A stretch of DNA of 64,000 bases, taken from the NCBI GenBank assembly GCA_002796245.1, contig PCWT01000048.1:71858-135857 (forward strand), written 5' to 3'. Source of the DNA: Gammaproteobacteria bacterium CG11_big_fil_rev_8_21_14_0_20_46_22. Lineage in GTDB: Bacteria > Pseudomonadota > Gammaproteobacteria > UBA12402. This document shows, piece by piece, positions 23,418-33,874 of the stretch (positions are counted from its first letter, which is position 1; the number at the start of each line of letters is the position of its first letter). The notes beneath the pieces are model-generated. The model was not told where the DNA came from. It ran no database searches and saw only the letters and a list, made by a program, of their open reading frames with translations. Made by a program: the position numbers and the translations under genes.

Positions 23418-23792
23418 AAAGCTAGCGTTACCAGCTGTCACTGCAGCCATTGCTTAGGCCACAATTTGATGACGTGCAATTTTGGCAGAAGCCAGACTGT
23501 TGATGGATAATAAGCCAGTGATAAACAGTGCAGTAGAAAAAATTTTTGGGTTCAGGATTAGGTCGTCTTATACACGTGATAATCATTTAGAAATGTATAA
23601 GGAAACATAGATTAAGATCCCATAAAGCCGCCGCCATCATGTTCAACAGGCTCGGGTCCCCCGCCTAGGGTTTCTTTTATTCGGAGAACATCACACGTTG
23701 GTAACAGCCAGGTAAGCTTCATGATAAGATAGATTCCTTTCTAAGTGAGTCAAACAATAGGATCAAACTGTAATCTATAAACTAAAACGAGG

Positions 23793-24953
23793 TCAATCAT
23801 TTATTTTTGTCATAAGATCACGCATTTTCTCACATGCGATGTGCATCACACGGATGTTATGCGTGGTTGCTAACGGATGGTACAATGGCGAGTTGGATTT
23901 AAACAAAAAGTGCATATAAGCCCGGGTGTGCTTTGTGCAGGTCTGGCAGTCGCAATCGTCCATGATTGGGCGCTCATCTTTGGCAAAGCTGGCTTTCTTA
24001 ATTTGAAGGCGACCTCGATCAAACGTGCTGTCAAAGCGTAGCCAATCATCCTCTTCAACAAATGAACCCGAGTATAAAGCACCGTGTCGGGCATTGCGTG
24101 TCGGCGCCACACAGTCAAAAATATCGATACCTTCCTTGACCACGTCGAGTAAGTCTTGTGGGTGCAGGCCCACTCCCATGGTGTAACGCACTTTATCTTC
24201 CGGTAATTCTGGACGTAGCCAATCGATGATTTCAGCGGTTTTGGGCATATCAAAACCAATGGCCTCGCCGCCAATGGCAATACCATCGAGCGGTTGCTTT
24301 AAAATAAACTCGGCGCTTTGTTCGCGAAGGTCTCGGTAAGAGCCCCCTTGTATAATGCCAAATAAGGCTTGGTGATTGCCATAATCTGAGTCGGTTTGCT
24401 TATCATGCGCTTCAATGGATTCTAGTAACCAGCGATGGGTTCGCTCCATGGCTTTAATGGCCACACGCTTGTCTTCATCTTCTGGTGTGCACTGATCAAA
24501 GGCCATGATGATATCTGCCCCAATAGTCTTCTGGGTTTTGATCGATACAGCGGGGGTCATATGAATGACCTTGCCTGTATCGGGGTGCTTGAAATGTGCG
24601 CCTTGCTCGTCAATTTTACAAATCTTTGCATTCTTTGATAAAGAAAAAACCTGAAAGCCGCCACTATCGGTAAGCATAGGAGCTTGCCAAGCCATAAAAG
24701 GATGCATACCTCTTGCAGCATGAATGATGTCCATGCCAGGGTTTACGAGCATATGGTACGTATTGCCACCCAAAATGATTTGGCTGCCCGCCTCTTCTAG
24801 CATGGGGGTGGTCATGCAGTTGACGGCTGCGCGTGTACCCACCGGCATAAAGCACGGCGTAATAAATTCTCCGTGAGGGGTGGTGACTTTTAAGCTTCGT
24901 GCATGATGCTTTTGATGTTTGGCTACGATTGTGCTGTTAAAACCGGGTTTCAA
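23793..24953 (-). CDS. tgt: Queuine tRNA-ribosyltransferase.
   Basis: TPxFMPVGT, GGFQVFSL, and a C-terminal Zn motif CDCQTC...H. Confidence 0.93.
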   Translation of the reverse strand: MKPGFNSTIVAKHQKHHARSLKVTTPHGEFITPCFMPVGTRAAVNCMTTPMLEEAGSQIILGGNTYHMLVNPGMDIIHAARGMHPFMAWQAPMLTDSGGFQVFSLSKNAKICKIDEQGAHFKHPDTGKVIHMTPAVSIKTQKTIGADIIMAFDQCTPEDEDKRVAIKAMERTHRWLLESIEAHDKQTDSDYGNHQALFGIIQGGSYRDLREQSAEFILKQPLDGIAIGGEAIGFDMPKTAEIIDWLRPELPEDKVRYTMGVGLHPQDLLDVVKEGIDIFDCVAPTRNARHGALYSGSFVEEDDWLRFDSTFDRGRLQIKKASFAKDERPIMDDCDCQTCTKHTRAYMHFLFKSNSPLYHPLATTHNIRVMHIACEKMRDLMTKIND

Positions 24954-25031
24954 GCTGACCTCTCAGGCTGAACGACTCGCCATTATAAGCCGATAGTGTT
25001 ATAAATGAAACGGAAACAAAAGGAGGTCGCC

Positions 25032-25394
25032 ATGTTTTACTTTTTAGATTTAGGTAATGATCAAATTGTTGCTGCGCGCGTTGAGGGCAAACTAACCCAT
25101 GCCGATTACGCCGAACATTTGATGCCAAGGCTTGAGGCAGCTATCAAGAAGCACGGCAAGGTACGCTTTTATCTAGACCTTAAAGGTTTTGAGGGCTGGG
25201 AATGGCAAGCGGCTTGGGACGATTTCAAGACAGGCGTGACTCATCGTCATGACATCGAAAAAATTGCTCTGCTGGGTGATCACCAATGGGAAGAATGGGC
25301 GAGTAAAATTTTTGGTTTGATGATGGATGGGCAGATGAAATTTTTCCCACGTGAGCAGGCTGAAGTTGCGAGAGCTTGGATTACATCATCGTAA
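25032..25394 (+). CDS. STAS/SpoIIAA-like (DUF3478-like) small protein.
   Basis: 121-aa product starting MFYFLDLGNDQIVAARVEGKLTHADY, with a strong RBS AGGAGG. Confidence 0.5.
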   Translation: MFYFLDLGNDQIVAARVEGKLTHADYAEHLMPRLEAAIKKHGKVRFYLDLKGFEGWEWQAAWDDFKTGVTHRHDIEKIALLGDHQWEEWASKIFGLMMDGQMKFFPREQAEVARAWITSS

Positions 25395-25397
25395 TGT

Positions 25398-26618
25398 TTA
25401 AAGGGCTGTCAGTACTTTGCCACACGACAAAGCTCGCGCAACACCGGTCATGGCCGGTAAGCTTGTGGGCAAATTTTGTAAGCGTCGTGCGGCAAGATAG
25501 GCCATCAGTTCCGCTTCTAGTGTGTCACTGTGCCAGCCTTTTTCTTGAGCGGTGTAGACGGGTCGCTCAATTTTTTCTTTTAGTAATTTTATTAGGGTTG
25601 GGTTGTTCGACCCACCGCCACAAACAATCACCCCGCGCGGGATGACAGGGTGTGAGACCAGATTTTTTTTGATCAGCTCTGCGGTAAAGTTTAGCAGTGT
25701 ATAGCAAGCGTCGGCTTGTGAAATGGATGCGTTAAAAAACTCGCTGGGCAATTGAAAATCATTCACATCCAAGGATTTAGGTCCTGTTTTATTTAAATAA
25801 GCCTGTAGACGCTCGTCTTTATACAGTGCGGCCATTAAATCCTCATGGAGGCGTCCTTTTTCACTATAATGACCGTCCTTATCAAACAATATTTTGCCGT
25901 GAGTTTGCTTCTTTAAGTAATGATCACACAATGTGTTGCCAGGGCCGGTGTCAAAACCACAGACACCTTCAAGCGAATCACTGTCAATGAAACTCACGTT
26001 AGCAATTCCGCCAATATTAATGACAGCGACGGGATATAAGGAGTCACGCAAAGCCAGTGCTCGATGATAAATCGGGGCTAAAGGCGCGCCCTGCCCGCCC
26101 AGTGCGACATCTTGTGAGCGAAAATCATAGACCACGGTTGTGTTTAAGCCCGCGCTTATTGTATGAGCATTTGCCATTTGAAGTGTGGTGCGTTTGGCTG
26201 GGTCGTGAAACAAGGTTTGGCCGTGATAGCCCACGGCATGTAAATGGTGTTGTGAAAGTCTAGCGTGAAATAATAAACGTCTAGCAGTATTCAGATGAAG
26301 CAGTGCAGAGGCTTGGGCAAGGTGTTTATAACTTAAAGGTCGATTAAACTTTTTTAAAAAGTAGTCTTCCATGGAAATAAACGCTGCGCTGCTTAGCTGC
26401 TGTTTAAGTCGGGGGAGAAATTCACGGTTTATTTTGACAGGATCGCCCTGAAGATTGTGGGCGATTTTTTCTGCGTATTTGAGTAAGTGATGAAAGCTAT
26501 CGTCGTATCGTTCGGTTAGGCCGGCTAAGGTGTTAACACGAGAACGGCCATCTGTTTCAATGACGGCAGCGTCGATGCCATCCATCGACGTGCCGCTCAT
26601 TAAACCGAGATAGAGCAT
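25398..26618 (-). CDS. anmK: Anhydro-N-acetylmuramic acid kinase.
   Basis: N-terminus LMSGTSMDGIDAAV and overall AnmK-like sequence. Confidence 0.9.
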   Translation of the reverse strand: MLYLGLMSGTSMDGIDAAVIETDGRSRVNTLAGLTERYDDSFHHLLKYAEKIAHNLQGDPVKINREFLPRLKQQLSSAAFISMEDYFLKKFNRPLSYKHLAQASALLHLNTARRLLFHARLSQHHLHAVGYHGQTLFHDPAKRTTLQMANAHTISAGLNTTVVYDFRSQDVALGGQGAPLAPIYHRALALRDSLYPVAVINIGGIANVSFIDSDSLEGVCGFDTGPGNTLCDHYLKKQTHGKILFDKDGHYSEKGRLHEDLMAALYKDERLQAYLNKTGPKSLDVNDFQLPSEFFNASISQADACYTLLNFTAELIKKNLVSHPVIPRGVIVCGGGSNNPTLIKLLKEKIERPVYTAQEKGWHSDTLEAELMAYLAARRLQNLPTSLPAMTGVARALSCGKVLTAL

Positions 26619-26620
26619 GT

Positions 26621-27412
26621 TTAGTTAAGCGTTGTCATGGTGTCGACAAGTTTTTCCATCGCTTTACCTGGCAAGAAGCCATTCATGATTTGGGCTTTGT
26701 TATCTTTATCTTTGTAAATAATCACTGGTGTAGAGATAAAGTTGTACTTTTGCATGAAGCCCATATTATCTTTGAGCTGGTTTTTGATTTCACTAGACAC
26801 GTTGCTTAAAGGGTTGATGCTGCCAGATTCTGTTTTTGTGTTGAAGTTAGCTTCGTCTGTGTTGAATGCTTTAGCAGGGTCTTTTGCGCTCAAAATCGCT
26901 GCAGCTTTGCCTTCGCTTGAGGGTTTCAAGAAAGACACCATGATCCAACGAACATATAACTGACCTGATTTGATCATGGGCTGGATGGTTTGATGCAACA
27001 TGTGGCAAGCGATACAGTTGGGTTCAACCAACATATACGCTTGGTGCGGTGCCTTAGGGTTACCTTGAGCAAACCAGTGAGTTTTTGCTGCGGCCTGGAT
27101 CACTTTCGGCGCCATGGGGTCTGTGATTTGTTGTTTGACGGCAAGTTGTGTGGCATTTTCACCGTTAGCGTTAATCACAGGACCTGGAATCAAATAAAGA
27201 CCGTCTTTGTCGACAAAAACCACTGTTTCTTGACCTTGGCCTTGTGTGGGCTTTACCACAAAGCCTTCAAGGTTACCGATGCCGGGGAAAGACTTTACAA
27301 TAGTGGCCTGGCCTTGTGTGAGTTTCTCCACCAGGTTCTGAGCTGGGTTCGCAGCTAAGGCTGCAACAGGTAAAGCGGCAGCTAACACGAGTGAAAGCGT
27401 AGTTTTTCTCAT
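26621..27412 (-). CDS. Periplasmic thiol:disulfide interchange protein, DsbC/DsbG-like.
   Basis: Signal peptide, an N-terminal dimerisation region, and a thioredoxin-fold CxxC (NCIAC). Confidence 0.7.
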   Translation of the reverse strand: MRKTTLSLVLAAALPVAALAANPAQNLVEKLTQGQATIVKSFPGIGNLEGFVVKPTQGQGQETVVFVDKDGLYLIPGPVINANGENATQLAVKQQITDPMAPKVIQAAAKTHWFAQGNPKAPHQAYMLVEPNCIACHMLHQTIQPMIKSGQLYVRWIMVSFLKPSSEGKAAAILSAKDPAKAFNTDEANFNTKTESGSINPLSNVSSEIKNQLKDNMGFMQKYNFISTPVIIYKDKDNKAQIMNGFLPGKAMEKLVDTMTTLN

Positions 27413-27474
27413 CGGGACAATCTCCTAGATTGGTTTACTGTAGTGGCTCATTGTACGGAGCCTATTTTGGAAGG

Positions 27475-30156
27475 TCAATGTGCCTCATCCCAGTTATTTC
27501 CGCTGCCGGCATCAGCGATTAAAGGCACATTTAGGGTTGCGGCTTTGCCCATAATGTCCACGATGGCACTCGTAAAGACATCAACCTCAGTATCTTTGAC
27601 CTCAAAGACAAGCTCATCATGAACTTGCATGATCATGCGAGCGTCAACATCGCTCTGGTGAAGAAAATCAGAGACTAAAATCATGGCGCGCTTGATAATA
27701 TCAGCAGCTGTACCTTGCATCGGCGCATTAATGGCAGCGCGCTCGGCCGCTTTTTGACGCATTTTATTGCGTGAGTTGATTTCGTTTAAATACAGGCGTC
27801 GTCCGAACAACGTTTCCACATAACCTTTTTCGTGTGCTTGGGCGCGGGTGCGCTCCATATAGTCGAGCACACCGGGGTATTGCTCAAAATAAGCATCGAT
27901 GTAGGCTTGCGCGGTGGCTCGATCCACCCCGATTTGTTTGGCCAGGCCAAAAGCGGACATGCCATAAATTAAACCAAAGTTGATCGCTTTAGATTTTCGT
28001 CGCTGGTCATTGGTGACGTCATTTAAGGCCACGCCAAACACTTGTGATGCGGTGGCTTTGTGCACATCGAGACCTTTTTCAAACGCTTCGAGCAGGCCCT
28101 TGTCGTTAGATAAGTGTGCCATGATGCGAAGCTCAATTTGTGAATAGTCGGCCGAAACAATTTGATAATCTTTTTGAGCAATAAACGCTTGGCGAATGCG
28201 TCGGCCTTCTTCTGTGCGCGTGGGAATGTTTTGAAGGTTCGGTCCCGAGGACGATAATCGGCCCGTGCCTGCAACGGCTTGATGAAATGAGGTATGCACA
28301 CGACCGTTATTCGGGTCGATCTGTTCGGGTAGTCGATCTGTGTAAGTGGATTTTAATTTAGCGAGACTTCGATGCTCCAATAAAATTTTAGGCAATTCAA
28401 AATCCGCCGCTAAGTCACTTAACACATCTTCTGCCGTTGAAGGCTGCCCTTTCGGGGTTTTCTTTAACACGGGTAAATTAAGCTTTTCAAACAAAATGGT
28501 TTGCAGTTGTTTGGGGGAGGCAAGATTAAAGGGTTCGCCTGCAATCGTGTGCGCTTCTTTTTCTAGCACCGATAGGCGCTCAGTGATTTCAGCGCTTTGT
28601 TGTTGAAGCTTTTCAGCATCGATCATGACACCGGTTCGCTCCATATCCGACAAAATTGGCACCAGGGGCATTTCTATGGTTTCGAATACTTGCTTAAGTT
28701 TTTCATCGTTTGCTAATTTTGGCCACAGTTTTTCATGTAGCTGCAAGGTAATGTCGGCATCTTCGGCGGCGTAATTAGCCGCGGTTTGAATGTCTACTTG
28801 ATCAAAGGTGATTTGTTTTGCGCCTTTACCTGCAATGTCCTCATAATGAACGGTGGTGTAGCCTAAATACTTGAGCGCCAGAGAGTCCATGTCATGACGT
28901 GAAGCAGTGCTGTTAAAGACATACGATTCCAGCATGGTGTCAAATGCAATACCCCTTAGCGTGATGCCATGATTTTGAAGCACTTCGCGGTCATACTTTA
29001 GGTTTTGCCCCACTTTTTTTGCCCCTTCGTTTTCGAGCAGCGGTTTGAGTTTTTGAAGTGTGGTGTCGCGGTCGAGCTGATCAAGGCTTGTGTCTTCGTG
29101 AGCCAAAGGAATGTAGAAAGCTTCATGTGCTTTGAGGGCAAATGAAACACCGACGATGCTCGCCTGCATGTAATTTAAACTATTGGTCTCGGTATCAAAA
29201 GCAAATAAACTGGCTTGGTTTAGGCGATCAATTAAAACATCCAGTGCTTTTTCGTCATTGATAATATGATACTCTGTTTCTTGTTTTTTTTGAGGTTCGC
29301 TTTTTTCAGGGTTTAAATCACCTAGCCAAGATTTGAAATCATAATGTTGATAAGCGTCGGCGAGTGCTTTTTCATCCGCATTGCCTGCGTGAAGATCAGC
29401 AATTTTATACGGCACATCGACATTACAGCGAATAGTGACCAGCTCTTTTGATAGCGGAAGTTGTTCGAGACTGGCGCGCAGATTTTCGCCCACCTTTCCA
29501 CCGATTTGATTAGCTGATGCAATAATGTTATCCAGAGAGCCGTATTCTTCTAACCATTTCACGGCGGTTTTTGGGCCCACTTTCGGAACCCCTGGTATGT
29601 TGTCAGAGGTATCGCCAATCAAGGTGAGGTAGTCGATAATAAGTTCAGGGCCTACACCAAATTTTTCTTTGACGCTGTCCGGGGTTAAAAAGCTATTGTT
29701 CATCGTGTTGATCAAGGTGACTTGATTGTCGACCAGTTGCGCTAGGTCTTTATCGCCGGTTGAGATCAACGTGTTAAGGCCGGCTTGACTGGCTTGCTTG
29801 GCCAGTGTGCCGATCACATCGTCAGCCTCTACACCGCTGATGCTAATCAAGGGTAGGTGCATTGCGCGAATTATTTCATACAGCGGCTCAATTTGGCTAC
29901 GCAACTCTGGCGGCATGGGCGGGCGGTGCGCTTTATAGGCGTCATATAGATCATGACGAAAGGTTTTGCCTTTCGCATCAAACACCACAGCAAAATAGGC
30001 GCTTGGATGATCAGCACGCAATCGTCTGAGCATATTCAAAACACCGTACATGGCGCCAGTGGGCTCGCCTTCGCGGTTAGTCAGGTTCGGCATCGCATGG
30101 AAGGCGCGGTATAAGTAAGATGACCCGTCCACTAAGATCAGGAGATTTTCGCTCAT
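27475..30156 (-). CDS. polA: DNA polymerase I.
   Basis: 5'-nuclease, 3'-5' exonuclease and polymerase motifs (RRxxKxxNFGxxYG, YVETLFGRRR, QVHDEL). Confidence 0.97.
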   Translation of the reverse strand: MSENLLILVDGSSYLYRAFHAMPNLTNREGEPTGAMYGVLNMLRRLRADHPSAYFAVVFDAKGKTFRHDLYDAYKAHRPPMPPELRSQIEPLYEIIRAMHLPLISISGVEADDVIGTLAKQASQAGLNTLISTGDKDLAQLVDNQVTLINTMNNSFLTPDSVKEKFGVGPELIIDYLTLIGDTSDNIPGVPKVGPKTAVKWLEEYGSLDNIIASANQIGGKVGENLRASLEQLPLSKELVTIRCNVDVPYKIADLHAGNADEKALADAYQHYDFKSWLGDLNPEKSEPQKKQETEYHIINDEKALDVLIDRLNQASLFAFDTETNSLNYMQASIVGVSFALKAHEAFYIPLAHEDTSLDQLDRDTTLQKLKPLLENEGAKKVGQNLKYDREVLQNHGITLRGIAFDTMLESYVFNSTASRHDMDSLALKYLGYTTVHYEDIAGKGAKQITFDQVDIQTAANYAAEDADITLQLHEKLWPKLANDEKLKQVFETIEMPLVPILSDMERTGVMIDAEKLQQQSAEITERLSVLEKEAHTIAGEPFNLASPKQLQTILFEKLNLPVLKKTPKGQPSTAEDVLSDLAADFELPKILLEHRSLAKLKSTYTDRLPEQIDPNNGRVHTSFHQAVAGTGRLSSSGPNLQNIPTRTEEGRRIRQAFIAQKDYQIVSADYSQIELRIMAHLSNDKGLLEAFEKGLDVHKATASQVFGVALNDVTNDQRRKSKAINFGLIYGMSAFGLAKQIGVDRATAQAYIDAYFEQYPGVLDYMERTRAQAHEKGYVETLFGRRLYLNEINSRNKMRQKAAERAAINAPMQGTAADIIKRAMILVSDFLHQSDVDARMIMQVHDELVFEVKDTEVDVFTSAIVDIMGKAATLNVPLIADAGSGNNWDEAH

Positions 30157-30288
30157 GGCGTTTCCTTGTGTTATTTTCGCTGCGTAAGATAGGCCTTAGT
30201 CTATCCAAATAAGCGGCGTTGCGCTATGTTGACCTGAAAATACAGCTTGGTTAGACTGGGCCGCATAGTTTTAATTAAGGACTTCGCT

Positions 30289-30726
30289 ATGAAACGTTTA
30301 ATCATACTATTACTGGGCAGCTTTTTTCTGGCCGGTTGTTCTCACTTCCCGGGCTTTGGCCACCCCTCCTCATCAGATGAAAATGCAGGCGAATCTGGCC
30401 CAAGTTATTTAAAAGCCGATAGGGCGCCACCTTCTGTCCCACGTTTGCGCCATCAGTGTGTGACGGCTCACGGCGAGAAAGTGTGTGGTTATGATTGTAA
30501 GGTGGTTGATGGTTATGCCAAGTGTGCCAGTAAGCCCGAGCAACGCTGTGTCATCGATCCTCATAACAGTGCGATTCGTTGCGGCTATGATTGTAAAGAA
30601 ACCGGCTTGCAGGCGCGTTGTGGTAAGCATCGTTACGACAACTGTGCCACCAATAGCATGGGTGATGTGCGTTGCGGCAATAATTGCTATGAGCGAGAAG
30701 ACGGTGAGCTTGTCTGCGGAAAATAA
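30289..30726 (+). CDS. Cys-rich lipoprotein with three C-G-Y/N-D/N-C-K/Y repeats. The start is taken at MKRLII; the ORF as listed begins at 30247.
   Basis: Lipobox LAGC. Repeats VCGYDCK / RCGYDCK / RCGNNCY. 12 Cys in ~125 mature residues. Confidence 0.6.
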   Translation: MKRLIILLLGSFFLAGCSHFPGFGHPSSSDENAGESGPSYLKADRAPPSVPRLRHQCVTAHGEKVCGYDCKVVDGYAKCASKPEQRCVIDPHNSAIRCGYDCKETGLQARCGKHRYDNCATNSMGDVRCGNNCYEREDGELVCGK

Positions 30727-30750
30727 AAAAGGCCCCTTCGGGCCTTTTTT
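30727..30750. terminator. Bidirectional rho-independent terminator (AAAAAAGGCCCCTTCGGGCCTTTTTT) between the convergent lipoprotein and usp genes.
   Basis: GC stem flanked by an A-run and a T-run. Confidence 0.75.
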
Positions 30751-30773
30751 ATTTCAATGTTAAGGAAATGCCT

Positions 30774-31199
30774 CTAGGCATCTTTTTTCCAATGGCGGAC
30801 AGTGATCACATCACAATGAGCATGGTGTAAGACACAGTTGGTCGTTGAGCCTAAAAGATCAGTAAAACTGTGCTCTGAGTGGCTGCCTATAATGATTAAG
30901 TCAGCGCCAATTTCATTGGCAATGGCAACGATTTCGGCTTTTGCTGATCCGACAGCGATCCACTGATCATCGGGTGTGACATTGAGTTCTTCACCGATTT
31001 TCTTTAACGACTGCTTAGCCTCTTCAACCATTTGTTCTTCAATGTCCGATAAGCCGACGTAACCATAGTTTACGATAGGTTCGACAGCGTGCATGATGCT
31101 GAGTTTTGCGCCGTAAAGGTCTGCCATTTTTCGGGCTTTTTTTAGTGTGTCTCGGTTTTCATCACTTAAATCTGTGGCAAGTAATAAATGTTTGTACAT
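30774..31199 (-). CDS. Universal stress protein (UspA family).
   Basis: 141 aa with the Usp fold signature (HILLATDLS...G.HS). Confidence 0.85.
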   Translation of the reverse strand: MYKHLLLATDLSDENRDTLKKARKMADLYGAKLSIMHAVEPIVNYGYVGLSDIEEQMVEEAKQSLKKIGEELNVTPDDQWIAVGSAKAEIVAIANEIGADLIIIGSHSEHSFTDLLGSTTNCVLHHAHCDVITVRHWKKDA

Positions 31200-31234
31200 G
31201 AAAATTCAGCCTCATAGGGTTAGTTGAATTTACT

Positions 31235-31915
31235 TTATATCAGGGCCGATAGCTTTTCAAGCGATATAATGGTCAGGAGACGAAGCTCTGTTTTAATGAT
31301 TTTTTGTGCTTGAAGCTTGCTCATCAAGCGGCTGACGGTTTCAAGCGCAAGCCCCAGGTGGTTAGCAATATCTTGTCGTGTCATCGGTAGCTCAAACCTG
31401 GTGGCCGATAAACCTCGGCGCTGAAAGCGTGTGGATAGCTGAACCAGAAAAGCGGCGAGTTGTGAGAGTGCTTCGTGGTGTGGATGTGTGTAAACAGCGC
31501 CAGCAATGTCATGGCTCATTAAAGAGAAAAGATGGTCTTGCATTAAAGGGTTGGTTTGAGCCAGGTGCTTTAAATCATCAAAATTGATTTCGCACACTGT
31601 GCTGTCGTTTAGCGCTATCGTGGTGGTTGCATAATGCTTTGCATGTATGCCTTCAAAGCCAATAATTTCACCCGGAAGAAAAAAGTGCGTGATGATCTCT
31701 TGGTCTTTGACATAAATAGAAGCCTTGAAAGCTCCGCTTTTGACCGCGTATAGGGAAGAAAATGTTTGTCCTTTTTTATATAAAATATCGCGCTTTTTAA
31801 GGCTGGTTTGATCTTTGATTTTGGCGCTTAAGGTTTCTAGAGAAGCATCATCGAGTGAAAAAGGCAGGCAAAGCTTTGCAAGCGCACAGTGGCTGCAGTC
31901 ATGCGCTCTACTCAT
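31235..31915 (-). CDS. fnr: Crp/Fnr-family regulator. Its N-terminal Cys cluster suggests an FNR-type [4Fe-4S] sensor.
   Basis: N-terminus CSHCALAKLC (CxxCx5C), a cNMP-binding-like domain, and a C-terminal HTH (RQDIANHLGLALETVSRLM). Confidence 0.8.
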   Translation of the reverse strand: MSRAHDCSHCALAKLCLPFSLDDASLETLSAKIKDQTSLKKRDILYKKGQTFSSLYAVKSGAFKASIYVKDQEIITHFFLPGEIIGFEGIHAKHYATTTIALNDSTVCEINFDDLKHLAQTNPLMQDHLFSLMSHDIAGAVYTHPHHEALSQLAAFLVQLSTRFQRRGLSATRFELPMTRQDIANHLGLALETVSRLMSKLQAQKIIKTELRLLTIISLEKLSALI

Positions 31916-32631
31916 GAAGCGCTCTGCGAAAGGTGTTCACTAAGTAAAGCGTCGGCCAGCCGGCTTGCACCTAAACGAAAGTTTTTCGCACTGATGGCGC
32001 GATGTAAAATGTTTTCGGTCAATTCAGCATACGCCGTTGCTTGCTTGATTGTGCCAATTCCCCCAGAAGCCTTAAAGCCGCAATCGCTGTTGGCATCGTT
32101 AATGGCACTGAGCATAATTTTCGCAGCTTCAAGGCTTGCACCTTGTGCAACTTTACCCGTGGATGTTTTGATAAAATCTGCGCCGCAATCAATGGCTAGG
32201 CGACTGGCGTTGTAGAGAGAGGTTTCGTCTGTAAAAGCGCCCGATTCTAGAATCACTTTTAAGCAATGCGCTTTGCACCGCTGTTTGCATTCGGTTAGAA
32301 ATTTGCGAACGGCAGCTTCGTTGCCACTCAGCCAAGATTGATACGGCATAACGACATCAATTTCATCGGCGCCTTGTTCGATGGCCGAATCGATGTCAGT
32401 CAAAACATCGCTGAGGGCTTCGTTTCCGCTAGCAAAATTGCACACGGTCGCAACCTTAAGCGAAAACGTTTTTGCCAAGGCAATGTAATTTGGGTAAAGG
32501 CAAACAGCCGCGACCTCCCCTAGAGGGCTTTTGGCCATCTTACAGAGCGCTTCAATGTCCTCTTTGCTGGCTTGTTCATCGAGGTTGGTCAGATCTAAGA
32601 AGGACCAGAGCTGTGACAAGTTAAAAGACAT
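31912..32631 (-). CDS. deoC: Deoxyribose-phosphate aldolase.
   Basis: DEIDVVMPY and ADFIKTSTGK (Schiff-base Lys) motifs. Confidence 0.9.
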   Translation of the reverse strand: MSFNLSQLWSFLDLTNLDEQASKEDIEALCKMAKSPLGEVAAVCLYPNYIALAKTFSLKVATVCNFASGNEALSDVLTDIDSAIEQGADEIDVVMPYQSWLSGNEAAVRKFLTECKQRCKAHCLKVILESGAFTDETSLYNASRLAIDCGADFIKTSTGKVAQGASLEAAKIMLSAINDANSDCGFKASGGIGTIKQATAYAELTENILHRAISAKNFRLGASRLADALLSEHLSQSAS

Positions 32632-33457
32632 CGTGGTTCATTTCAAAGAGTTTGCGAATTAAGGCTCTGAGTTTAGCTGAGGCGATTTCGCCGTATTTTA
32701 GCGTGACTTCATGAGTGATCGGCTCTGGGTTGATGTCGGCGGATAAATTTGTCACCGCTGAAATGACAGCAACCTTCATTCCACAATGAATAGCCACCAA
32801 GACTTCGGGCACAGTTGACATGCCGACCAGGTCGGCGCCCAACAGGCGGTAAGCCCGAATTTCAGCGGATGTTTCGAAATTCGGGCCTAAGACAGAAATG
32901 TAAACGCCTTCATGTACTTTGATGTCAAGGGCTTTTGAAGCGGCTTGAATTTTATCCCGTAAACCCTGGTCGTAAGCTTGGTCCAGCGGGAAAAAGCGCT
33001 CACCAAATTCTTTTTCATTGTGACCAATGAGAGGATTATTAAATTGAAAATTAATGTGATCACTTACGGCGACAAGTTCGCCTGCGCCAATTTCAGCGCG
33101 AAGTGAGCCAGAGGCATTCGTAATAATTAAAGAGTGACAGCCTAACACCTTGAGTAGTCGAACCAGGATTTTGAAGGCGCTGCCGTTGGCGCCTTCGTAG
33201 TAATGTACGCGACCTTTTAAGCAGGCCACGGGTGTGCCGTCGAGATAGCCTAAAACAAGGCTGCCTGCGTGACCGTGTACGCTGGAAATGGGTAGGCCCG
33301 GAAGCTGCTCGTAAGGTAGTACGACACTTTCTTCAATTTCATCGGCCAAAGGGCCTAAGCCAGAGCCTAAAATTAAACCGACTTTGGGTTTGAAATCTTT
33401 GGGCATATGCTCGTAAATGACATCTAAAGCAGGCTGTAGTGCTTGTATCGTGATCAT
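32621..33457 (-). CDS. Purine nucleoside phosphorylase, trimeric PNP-I family (PunA/XapA-like).
   Basis: GSGLG phosphate loop and VGMSTVPEV motif. Confidence 0.9.
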   Translation of the reverse strand: MITIQALQPALDVIYEHMPKDFKPKVGLILGSGLGPLADEIEESVVLPYEQLPGLPISSVHGHAGSLVLGYLDGTPVACLKGRVHYYEGANGSAFKILVRLLKVLGCHSLIITNASGSLRAEIGAGELVAVSDHINFQFNNPLIGHNEKEFGERFFPLDQAYDQGLRDKIQAASKALDIKVHEGVYISVLGPNFETSAEIRAYRLLGADLVGMSTVPEVLVAIHCGMKVAVISAVTNLSADINPEPITHEVTLKYGEIASAKLRALIRKLFEMNHDVF

Positions 33458-33458
33458 A

Positions 33459-33851
33459 TTAGTTATCCTTTTCTTTCATTGTTGTTGCGTTAAAACGATG
33501 AGGTAATAAGTCGGCCAAGGTGAAGGTGTTTAGTATTTCACTTTTATTACAGAGTAAAAAGCGTGTGTCATCGTCACAAAATTCGGCTAAGCGTTGTCGG
33601 CAGGCGCCGCACGGTACACAGGCGGTTTCAAGGTGGTTGACGATGACAACGGCTTTAATGTGCTGTGCGCCGTCAGTGATCATTGTGCCTAGCGCACTGC
33701 TTTCAGCGCATAGTGTTGTCGAGTAGGAGGCGTTTTCAATATTGCAGCCGTGGTAAAGCTTACCGTTCTCGGCGAGCAAGCAGCAGCCGACTTGGTAGTG
33801 TGAGTACGGTGAATAGCTGTGGCGTAAGGCTTCATAGGCTAGCGCGATCAT
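33459..33851 (-). CDS. cdd: Cytidine deaminase (tetrameric type). The start is taken at MIALAYEAL; the ORF as listed extends further upstream.
   Basis: CAE...PCGACRQ zinc-binding motifs. Confidence 0.9.
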   Translation of the reverse strand: MIALAYEALRHSYSPYSHYQVGCCLLAENGKLYHGCNIENASYSTTLCAESSALGTMITDGAQHIKAVVIVNHLETACVPCGACRQRLAEFCDDDTRFLLCNKSEILNTFTLADLLPHRFNATTMKEKDN

Positions 33852-33874
33852 TTTTTTTGTTGTGTCATTCACGT

